A stretch of DNA of 64,000 nucleotides from an uncultured Nitrospiraceae bacterium (lineage in GTDB: Bacteria > Nitrospirota > Thermodesulfovibrionia > Thermodesulfovibrionales > UBA6898), in contig CAWEQH010000004.1 of the NCBI GenBank assembly GCA_963811165.1, positions 815,070 through 879,069 of the forward strand, given 5' to 3'. The stretch's first letter is position 1. Every line of letters starts with the position of its first letter. A program made the translations under genes and the position numbers. Of the stretch, positions 26,286 to 34,340 are shown piece after piece. The notes under the pieces were generated by a model. It was not told where the DNA came from, made no database searches, and saw nothing but the letters and a program-made list of their open reading frames with translations.

Positions 26286-29204
26286 ATGTCAGCATCAAAG
26301 GATCGTCGGAAACATTTGAGCCCACAGTCACGTATTTCTCTGGCTGGTATCTTTTCATTTTTAGTTTTTATCGCACTCTTTCTTTATCCCAACAGTGCAT
26401 TTCCGGGACTGGCTACGCTTACCTGGAACGCTCCAGCCACTAACACTGATGGGACCCCTCTGACGGACCTCTCAGGCTACAAGATTTACTATGGGACAGC
26501 CTCGGGTAATTATTCTCAGACTATTGATGTGGGAGGTATAACGAGTTCAACTGTTTCCAATTTGACCGACGGAACTACTTATTATTTTGCAGTGACTGCA
26601 TATGATACATCGGGAAACGAAAGCGCATATTCCAACGAAGTAAGTAAAACAACACAAGCTGTCCAGCAATATTCTCTGGCGATAACGAAGAGCGGGACCG
26701 GCTCAGGCACGGTAACAAGTTCTGCGGGGGGAATAAACTGCGGTACTGCCTGCACGGCGACGTACAGTCCCGGTTCAGTAGTAACGCTGACGGCCGCGCC
26801 TGCAGGCGGGTCGACGTTTACGGGCTGGTCTGGAGGCGGTTGTGCAGGGACTGGAACTTGCTCATTGTCGATGAATGGCAATATAGCGGTAACAGCCACC
26901 TTTGGGATTAACACTTACTCCATCACCTCAACGGCAGGGGCAGGAGGAACAATATCTCCCTCCGGGACTGTGACCGTGAATTCTGGAACAAGCAAGACAT
27001 TTACGATTGCTCCCTCTGCCGGTTACTCCATCGGAGATGTGAAGGTTGATGGAACTTCAGTGGGCGCTGTTGCGACATATACCCTCAGCAATGTAACGGC
27101 AAACCACGTGATAGCGGCGACCTTTGTGGTCAATACTTATATAGTTACTCCTTCAGCAGGGGCAAATGGCAGTGTCAGTCCATCGACCGCGATGACGGTA
27201 AATTACAACGGAACTGCATCATTCACAGTGACGCCAAATACTGGATATAATATCGTCTCTGTGACAGGCTGTGGTGGAATGCTATCCGGCAGCACATACA
27301 CCACCGGCCTCATAACGGCGAATTGTACGGTAACAGCCACCTTTGGGATTAACACTTACTCCATCACCGCAACGGCAGGGGCAGGAGGAACAATATCTCC
27401 CTCCGGGACCGTGACCGTGAATTCTGGAACAAGCAAGACATTTACGATTACCCCGAATACCGGCTACTCGATATCTGAGGTGATCGTGGATAGTTTGTCG
27501 GCAGGCGCGGTTACATCCTATTCATTCACCAATGTAACCGGGAACCACAGTTTATCAGTATCGTTTGCTCCTTTGGATTTTGATGACGATGGTATTTCAG
27601 ATATAGAAGAGTGGGGACCACAGGGAAATGACCCGAACTATGACGGCAATAATGATGGGGTTCCTGACTACCTGCAAAACAGTGTAGCGTCGCTCCACAC
27701 GGCGGGCAGCAATGACTACATAACTCTCTTTTCGGCAGATGGATATGCACTTAAGGATGTCATGGCAGAGCCGGTACCTGAGGGAACACCTGTTGGTGCG
27801 GAGCTCCCGTATCAGTTCATTAGTTTTACTGTGGATGAAGTCGCAGCCGGGGCAAGCACAACTGTAGTCGTCAAACTCCCTGATGGTGTTGTGGTCAATG
27901 ATTACTATAAGTATGGGCCGACACCCGACAATCCTGCATTACACTGGTATAGCTTTATGTTCGACGGACAGACTGGTGCCGAAATCTCAGGGAATATTAT
28001 CACCCTTCACTTTGTAGACGGACTAAGGGGAGACGATGATCTTATTGCGAATGGACAGATAGTCGACCAGGGAGGTCCCGCAGAGACGCCCGTTGTCGGA
28101 GCAACGCCATCCTCCATCGATTTTGGCACAACAGCAGTGAACACTACTTCGGTGACGCAAAGTGTGAGTATATCAAACAACGGCCTTGCCCCGCTCATCG
28201 TAAGTGCCGTGATGATCACCGGCTCTGATGCAGGGGACTTCGTGGTTCTTGGGGAGACCTGTTCGTCACAGACTACGGCCTCCGCAGGAACATGCAATGT
28301 TAGCGTAGCTTTCGCTCCGCATGCGGCCGGGAATAAGAACGCATCTCTGACAATTTCCTCGGACGACCCCCGCACGCCGATTCTTGTCATTCCAGTTAGC
28401 GGAACGGGAACCATACCTCAGTTTACTCTCTCCGTAACCAAAACGGGCAATGGAACGGTTTCAAGCAGCACGACAGGTATCATGTGCGGAAGTGCCTGCT
28501 CAACCCTCCTAAATGAAGGGACGGTCGCAATCTTAACTGCAACTCCTGGGGCGGACTCGATATTCATCGGTTGGTCCGGAGGTGGTTGTGCGGGGACTGG
28601 CATTTGCTCATTGTCAATGAATGGCGCTGTAAGTGTAACGGCCACCTTTGCGGTCAAAACGTACACAATCGCGGCAACGGCAGGTACAGGAGGGACAATA
28701 TCTCCTTCCGGTGCCGTAACCGCGAATTATGGAACAAGCAAGACATTTGCGATTACTCCATCTGCCGGTTACTCCATCGGAGATGTGAAGGTTGATGGAA
28801 CTTCAGTGGGCGCTGTTGCGACGTATACTTTCAGTAATATCACTGTCAGCCACGCGATCTCTGCTGGCTTTGTGAGCGGGAAAATACCCGCCATCTCCGT
28901 ATCTCCTGCATCTTACGTCTTCAAGACAACAAAAGTCGGTTATTCGTCGTCCAAGATATTCAAAATCACAAACATAGGAAAGGCTAATCTTTCGATACTG
29001 AAAGTCGAGATTATCGGAACCGATGCGAACGCGTTCGGTACATCCTTTGCCGGAACAAAGACGCTAAGTCCATCACGGTACTTCTACCAGACAATTAAAT
29101 TCAGACCGACATCTAAAGGGGTAAAAAATGCTGTGTTGAGGGTAACCTCGAATGACCCTAAGACCCCAGTCATTGCTGTTCCACTGAGTGGCTCAGGCAT
29201 ATAG
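26286..29204 (+). CDS. Large secreted/surface protein: Fn3 + InlB-B-like repeats + choice-of-anchor U-like + ASH/choice-of-anchor D-like domains
   Basis: Signal peptide; Ca-loop-like DFDDDGISD and DGNNDGVPD; YYKYGPTPDN...DGLRGDDD...IVDQGGP; PSSIDFG...SNNGLAPL and terminal SNDP...LSGSG Ig domains. Confidence 0.82.
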   Translation: MSASKDRRKHLSPQSRISLAGIFSFLVFIALFLYPNSAFPGLATLTWNAPATNTDGTPLTDLSGYKIYYGTASGNYSQTIDVGGITSSTVSNLTDGTTYYFAVTAYDTSGNESAYSNEVSKTTQAVQQYSLAITKSGTGSGTVTSSAGGINCGTACTATYSPGSVVTLTAAPAGGSTFTGWSGGGCAGTGTCSLSMNGNIAVTATFGINTYSITSTAGAGGTISPSGTVTVNSGTSKTFTIAPSAGYSIGDVKVDGTSVGAVATYTLSNVTANHVIAATFVVNTYIVTPSAGANGSVSPSTAMTVNYNGTASFTVTPNTGYNIVSVTGCGGMLSGSTYTTGLITANCTVTATFGINTYSITATAGAGGTISPSGTVTVNSGTSKTFTITPNTGYSISEVIVDSLSAGAVTSYSFTNVTGNHSLSVSFAPLDFDDDGISDIEEWGPQGNDPNYDGNNDGVPDYLQNSVASLHTAGSNDYITLFSADGYALKDVMAEPVPEGTPVGAELPYQFISFTVDEVAAGASTTVVVKLPDGVVVNDYYKYGPTPDNPALHWYSFMFDGQTGAEISGNIITLHFVDGLRGDDDLIANGQIVDQGGPAETPVVGATPSSIDFGTTAVNTTSVTQSVSISNNGLAPLIVSAVMITGSDAGDFVVLGETCSSQTTASAGTCNVSVAFAPHAAGNKNASLTISSDDPRTPILVIPVSGTGTIPQFTLSVTKTGNGTVSSSTTGIMCGSACSTLLNEGTVAILTATPGADSIFIGWSGGGCAGTGICSLSMNGAVSVTATFAVKTYTIAATAGTGGTISPSGAVTANYGTSKTFAITPSAGYSIGDVKVDGTSVGAVATYTFSNITVSHAISAGFVSGKIPAISVSPASYVFKTTKVGYSSSKIFKITNIGKANLSILKVEIIGTDANAFGTSFAGTKTLSPSRYFYQTIKFRPTSKGVKNAVLRVTSNDPKTPVIAVPLSGSGI
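26424..27449 (+). repeat. About 1.03-kb near-identical direct repeat, copy 2
   Basis: Matches 24304-25329 at offset 2120. Confidence 0.95.
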
Positions 29205-29221
29205 GTGAGTGGTACAGGAGC

Positions 29222-29258
29222 ATGAGCAAGGGGGCAGAACGTCCTGCCCCCTTGTCAT
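29222..29258 (+). terminator. Hairpin after the second surface-protein gene
   Basis: CAAGGGGGCAG/CTGCCCCCTTG 11-bp stem, extendable by ATGA/TCAT. Confidence 0.6.
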
Positions 29259-30061
29259 AAAAGAGATGGGGCCGCAAATATTGATCGCTTAATTTCAGCA
29301 AGCCGTAATAGGTGGTTATTCGGGAATCTTAAGATCGGGAAGCAAAAAAATCTTCTGGGCAGGATGGTGGGAATGGTCTGCCGCATGTCAGATTGGTTCT
29401 TCCTGCGCTAGAGCAATAACTGCGTTGCCAAAAAAGGCGTCAAGTAATCTCTTGATGAGGTACCGCAGAAGTCAAGTCTGCGATCGTTTGATCTTCATTT
29501 TCACCGGCCCTCTTTGAGACAAAAAACATTGCCATAATCGCGAGAGCTGATGTGCCACCCAAAAAAAATCCAAGTGTTAAATACATAAGAACCATATGAA
29601 CCTCCTTTTTAAGACTGTCAACTCCTGCAAAGAATTCTTCAATGGTTTTTTTTACTTAAGTTATTATACTTCCGGGACTAAGAAAAGTTAAATTAAATTT
29701 TTTTCATATTCCCCATTGCGGAGGTCGACTAAACTATTGTGGAACTGATGTTGATCTCCAGACCTTGCCGCTCGGCGGGCCATGGCGAAGGCCTGGGGCA
29801 GTCCCCTCTTTATGCAGAAAGATCTTAGAGGCTTCGGAGGCGGTAGCCCTGTTTTCATAGATGCGAAGATTTTTCTGGATTGACTCCTTCATTCCAAAAG
29901 CGATGCAGAGTCTTATCTGCGCCAAATATCCTACAGGCTCTATGGGATTGCTCCCGTGCAGGGGCGATGCAGCTGCCTCTGTAGCATCAGAAAGTTATCG
30001 GTGCTTAAAAGCGTGATAAAGTATGTTTTATTTCCCACATTTCGCGTACGCCTCGATGCTC

Positions 30062-31336
30062 TCAGAACTGGTAAGTGAGGCTGACTCCTATCATATGTAA
30101 GTCTGTCCTGTATGTTCCATTTGCGGAAGTGGTAGGGTTCAAGGCACCGTCAAAGGGATTGTCGTCAATGGCATTATTCTTGGATCTGTCTTTCACCTTC
30201 TGATATGCATAAGAAATCCCCAAGAGAAATTTGTTGAAACGGATGTCTGTCCCCATGCAGTAAACCTGAGATTTGCTCGAAGGTACGATGGGGTCGAATG
30301 TCTCATCCGGGACGGGATTACCCTCGTAGATGTAGCCTGCCATGAAGGCCACAGTGTTATTTACCTGATATCGAGCGCCCATATTAAGGGAGTAAATATC
30401 CTTCCACTTCTTGGGATACGTTATTTCCTGAAATCCGGCAATGGGCAAGTCCGTATTTATGGTGAGCTTGTCATATGAAGACCATCCTTCCCACCTGCCG
30501 CCCACTTCGATAGTCAGCGGTGCAAGACCTTTGTACGCTATACCGAAGTTCGCCGTTGCAGGAAGACTCAGGGTTGTCCGTGCAGCGGTATTTGGGAACA
30601 TTGATGTCAGTGTTTCCGGAAGCGGGACGGGGAAGCTGTGCGAGATGTTTCCGTCTATATCTGTCTTGATCCTGCTCCTGAATGCGGCCCCTATCGAGAT
30701 GTCCTTGGTGACGTCTATGAGCAGCCCGGTATTAAAGCCAAGAGCGAAGTCATCTCCCTTGAAGGTCTGCTTCACATCGGGGATGCCGAGGGAACCCAGG
30801 TTGAGCATCTTGTTGAGCTCTGCATCGAGGAAGAGAAATGAAACTCCCGCAGCAAGAGAAATATTCGGAGTAAGCCGGTATGAGACCACAGGGTTCAGGG
30901 TGTAAGTAGTCAGAACGGACTTGGTGGCTATATACCTTCCTTCCCAGTCATCAGACCACTTTGTCGCCAGACCGAAGTTGCTGAAGGCGCCGAAACCGAC
31001 AGATAACTCCCGGGTCATTTTGTAGGTCATATAAAGCGTCGAGGGGAAGAACACGTCGTTCGCAGTCTCAAAACTCTTGCCCGAAAAAGAGCTCTGGAAC
31101 TTGTTATTAGGGATAAGCAGCGTTGTTCCGACCTCCAACTGCATTCCGGGGAGGTCATTTATGAGTGCGGGGTTGAAGAATACTGAAGAAGGGTCGTTTG
31201 TATGTGCTATCACCGCATTCCCCTGTCCGAGAGGGGTTGCACCTTGGGTATTTACTGAAAAGCCGGCCCCATAGGCGGCCTCTGCAACAAGCATGAGGAC
31301 AACTGTCGATAGGAGAATTTGTCGAAGTGGTCTCAT
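30062..31336 (-). CDS. fadL: OmpP1/FadL/TodX family outer-membrane hydrophobic-compound channel
   Basis: Signal peptide then AGF..., GQGNA.IA...S.FFNPA hatch motif, C-terminal YQF; GGAGGAGG RBS before ATG 31336. Confidence 0.88.
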   Translation of the reverse strand: MRPLRQILLSTVVLMLVAEAAYGAGFSVNTQGATPLGQGNAVIAHTNDPSSVFFNPALINDLPGMQLEVGTTLLIPNNKFQSSFSGKSFETANDVFFPSTLYMTYKMTRELSVGFGAFSNFGLATKWSDDWEGRYIATKSVLTTYTLNPVVSYRLTPNISLAAGVSFLFLDAELNKMLNLGSLGIPDVKQTFKGDDFALGFNTGLLIDVTKDISIGAAFRSRIKTDIDGNISHSFPVPLPETLTSMFPNTAARTTLSLPATANFGIAYKGLAPLTIEVGGRWEGWSSYDKLTINTDLPIAGFQEITYPKKWKDIYSLNMGARYQVNNTVAFMAGYIYEGNPVPDETFDPIVPSSKSQVYCMGTDIRFNKFLLGISYAYQKVKDRSKNNAIDDNPFDGALNPTTSANGTYRTDLHMIGVSLTYQF

Positions 31337-31461
31337 CTTACCTCCTCCCTTAGCTTTACTCATCTGTTTTAAGCATTAGTTACCTTTTTGTCAAGGTAAA
31401 AGTTATAATCAAATCATTGTGCTCGAAATAATACCCACGAGAGGGCAGCCTTCCTGGAACA

Positions 31462-32301
31462 ATGAAGGAATTAAAGAAACGTCGAAATAAGAACCCTGTG
31501 GCCAAGACAAATTACCTCATGGAGAACGAACGTGAGGCGATAAGGCTGGACGCAAAGACCGATCTTGAACGCGTAAGGGAGCAAGCGCTATGGGCCGGAG
31601 TGGAGCCGGGGATGCGGATCGCTGACATCGGCTGCGGCATTGGGAAGACCACGTTTATGTTGAACGAACTTGTTCAGCCGGGCGGAAAAACAGTGGGCGT
31701 TGACTTTTCGGATTCGAGGATAGGCCTTGCGAGGGAAATGTATCCCTCCCCGACGATATCATATGAGGTAAGAGATGTCCGCGGAGACCTGAGGACCCTT
31801 GGGAAGTTCGATTTCATCTGGGTCAGGTTTTTTCTTGAATACTTTCGAGGAGAAAGTTTCGACATAGTAAAAAATCTTACAGGCATCCTGAAGAAAGGCG
31901 GTATACTCTGCCTGATAGACCTTGACTGCAACTGCATGAATTTTCACGGGGCGTCTCCTAAGCTCGAATTGACCCTGGCGCGAGTCATGGAAGCCCTTCA
32001 GGAGCGCGGGAATTTTGATCCTTTTATCGGAAGAAAGCTGTACAGCTATCTTTACGACCTGGGGTACGGGAATATTCGGGTAGATGTCTCGTCTCACCAT
32101 GTCACCTACGGAGAGTTAAGTGATGCAGATGCACTGAACTGGCTTACCAAGGTTGAGACAATCGCCAGTAAGGGCTATGTGGATCTTTCGGAGTTTGGCG
32201 GTGTCAGCGGCTTTATCAAAGAGTTCCGGAAATTTCTCGATGACCCGAGGAGGTTTATTTACTCACCCCTAGTTATGTGCGGGGGGGTAAAAAAGATGTG
32301 A
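31462..32301 (+). CDS. Class I SAM-dependent methyltransferase
   Basis: ADIGCGIG motif I, GVDFS, FDFIWVRF, LKKGG; start may be GTG 31498. Confidence 0.88.
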   Translation: MKELKKRRNKNPVAKTNYLMENEREAIRLDAKTDLERVREQALWAGVEPGMRIADIGCGIGKTTFMLNELVQPGGKTVGVDFSDSRIGLAREMYPSPTISYEVRDVRGDLRTLGKFDFIWVRFFLEYFRGESFDIVKNLTGILKKGGILCLIDLDCNCMNFHGASPKLELTLARVMEALQERGNFDPFIGRKLYSYLYDLGYGNIRVDVSSHHVTYGELSDADALNWLTKVETIASKGYVDLSEFGGVSGFIKEFRKFLDDPRRFIYSPLVMCGGVKKM

Positions 32302-34245
32302 AGGGATAGGTATAGGTGTTTGTGAGCCGGAATCCAAGAGGTTGCCGATATTTTTGTTGCAGTACCTTATAAACGCGTCGATCACTTCAGGATCCAGATG
32401 CGTCCCCCTTATGTCCAGGAGGATCTTGAATGCAACGTCGAGGGGCATAGCTTCCCTGTAATGGCGCTTGGACGTTATCGCCTCGAAGTAGTCGGCAACG
32501 GCTATAATCCTTGAGCCCAACGGGATGGCGTCTTCCCGGAGTCCTCGCGGATAACCTGTGCCGTCCCATTTTTCGTGATGGCATCCGACGATAATCGGGA
32601 CCTGCTTGTAAATCCCTTCGAAGTTGATCTTCTCAAGTATCTGCTGAGTCTTTATCGCGTGGGTTTTTATCTCCTCAAACTCCATTTTGTCGAGCGGCCC
32701 CTGTTTCTTGAGAACCGAATCCCTGATGCCTATCTTGCCGTAGTCATGGAGCAGGGCTGCGACGCGGATCATCTCCGTAAATTCCTTGTTCATGTCGAGC
32801 TCTTGACAGATTCCTATAGCGAATTTGGTAACCCGTTCCGAGTGGCCGGCGGTCATGAAGTCCCTTGCGTCGATAGTTGCCGCAAGGGTTTGGATGATAG
32901 ACCTGAATTGCTGCTCCTTGTTCTCAAAGAGCATGGTGGTATGCATGCTGACGGCTATCTCCGGCATGATGGTCATGAGAAGGGTGAGGTCGCTTTGGAG
33001 CAATGGCCTCTTGGAACGTATGTTGTCCACTGCGATAATGCCGAGGGACTGCTTCTCGTAGACGACAGGACAGCAGATGAAAGACTTTGCTCCCATTTTT
33101 TTTGCGAACTCGATGCTGTATGGTGAGAGATCGTCCGTGATTGACTCCACATCGTCGATGAGGAGCGGTTTCTGGTCTTTGAAGGAGACGACAAATGCCC
33201 CTTTGGAACTTGTCTTGTTTAGGTGAAACTGGGTCTTCTTCAAGAAGGAATACTGCTCTGGGGTATAACCAAACCCGGAGTGGAAGACCAGTGTGGTCCT
33301 CTCCTTGTTCGGAAGCAAGATAAGCCCCCGGTCATAGTCGAGCCGGTTCTGGAACGCCTGAATGACTTCGCGGAAGATATCGTCGAGATCGCTCTTTTTG
33401 TTGAAGGCGAGTCCGAGTTCGTATATGAGAAGACTGTCGTTATGTCTGGAGTTGAGCTGGTCCAGGAGTTTATCGGACGAGTCCTGAAGGTTCGACAGGG
33501 CCGCATTCAGTTCGTTGTTTTCGAGACGCTTCACGTATATGGTGATGAGGAAAAGCGCCAGTATAAAAAAAGGAAGGAGGATTGCTATAGCAATGTCCCG
33601 GTGGCCGCTAAACGTGACAAGACCGAAGAGAATGAGGAGAAAGATCGTAAAATAGGTCCTGACGTTCTTCCACAGTGCGGAGTAAGACTCTTGCCACGTT
33701 ACAATGTATTTGCATGATGAGCCCCCCCTGAACATGCATTCAGGATGTTCAATGGCAGGGAAACGGTAGTTGAATGCTTTTGCGAGGGCCTCAAGGTGGC
33801 CCACCCTGTTTTCGCACTGAAAAGCCTTCTCTTTGACGTCCGTATGAGGGGTGACTGTTATTTCGACCCTATGCTTTCCTATCCTCTTTGCGACGTAGTC
33901 GGAAGATTTCGTGAAGAAGGATGAGAATTTACCGATCAGTTCATAAGCTCTGCCCGGTCCCACGAGCCCAAGTATATACTGTCTTATGAAGCCAAGAGAA
34001 TCCGCCGATGCAGCAAATCTTCCGGCCTCCCGTGCAATGTCCTTGTTGCCGGTCTTCTTCAAGATCTCTTCATAGAACTTGTCCACCTCTTCCTGCGTAA
34101 ACCAGTGCCCCTGGTCTGCAACCTGGTAAGGCTTTATGCCCGAATTGGAAAGGATTTCGTTTGCGTCGATGAGAGGGTACCTCTGCCCTAAGTACTTGAT
34201 GAATGTGTCTATGATGCGGCTGCTGTATAAAGGCCTTTCAGTCAT
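32269..34245 (-). CDS. HD-GYP phosphodiesterase with N-terminal V4R/H-NOX-like domain, 2 TM and GAF
   Basis: GHSERV, LHDYGK, HHEKWDGTGYP; CENR.G...EHPECMFRGGSSC V4R-type Cys pattern; AAGGA RBS before ATG 34245. Confidence 0.88.
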   Translation of the reverse strand: MTERPLYSSRIIDTFIKYLGQRYPLIDANEILSNSGIKPYQVADQGHWFTQEEVDKFYEEILKKTGNKDIAREAGRFAASADSLGFIRQYILGLVGPGRAYELIGKFSSFFTKSSDYVAKRIGKHRVEITVTPHTDVKEKAFQCENRVGHLEALAKAFNYRFPAIEHPECMFRGGSSCKYIVTWQESYSALWKNVRTYFTIFLLILFGLVTFSGHRDIAIAILLPFFILALFLITIYVKRLENNELNAALSNLQDSSDKLLDQLNSRHNDSLLIYELGLAFNKKSDLDDIFREVIQAFQNRLDYDRGLILLPNKERTTLVFHSGFGYTPEQYSFLKKTQFHLNKTSSKGAFVVSFKDQKPLLIDDVESITDDLSPYSIEFAKKMGAKSFICCPVVYEKQSLGIIAVDNIRSKRPLLQSDLTLLMTIMPEIAVSMHTTMLFENKEQQFRSIIQTLAATIDARDFMTAGHSERVTKFAIGICQELDMNKEFTEMIRVAALLHDYGKIGIRDSVLKKQGPLDKMEFEEIKTHAIKTQQILEKINFEGIYKQVPIIVGCHHEKWDGTGYPRGLREDAIPLGSRIIAVADYFEAITSKRHYREAMPLDVAFKILLDIRGTHLDPEVIDAFIRYCNKNIGNLLDSGSQTPIPIPSHLFYPPAHN

Positions 34246-34340
34246 GGCTGTCCTTTCCAGTATGCCCATGCCTCCATGAACCAAGAGCGCCGGAGAATGT
34301 TATGTCTGAGAGTATTTGCCTCATGGTCACCGTCTCCCCA

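Larger units (their letters stand above)
24767..27449 (+). repeat. 122-nt module present four times (24767-24888, 25208-25329, 26887-27008, 27328-27449)
   Basis: CGGTAACAGCCACCTTTGGGA...ACAAGCAAGACATTTACGATT, nearly identical in all copies. Confidence 0.9.

Noticed and set aside
24304..27449. Diversity-generating retroelement TR/VR pair or CRISPR array
   Set aside because: Both copies are coding, differences are not confined to adenines, no reverse transcriptase or cas gene is present, and there is no repeat-spacer periodicity
29260..30060. Small gene or ncRNA in the 0.8-kb gap (including the 63-aa ORF 29734-29925)
   Set aside because: No RBS, motif or convincing structure; left unannotated
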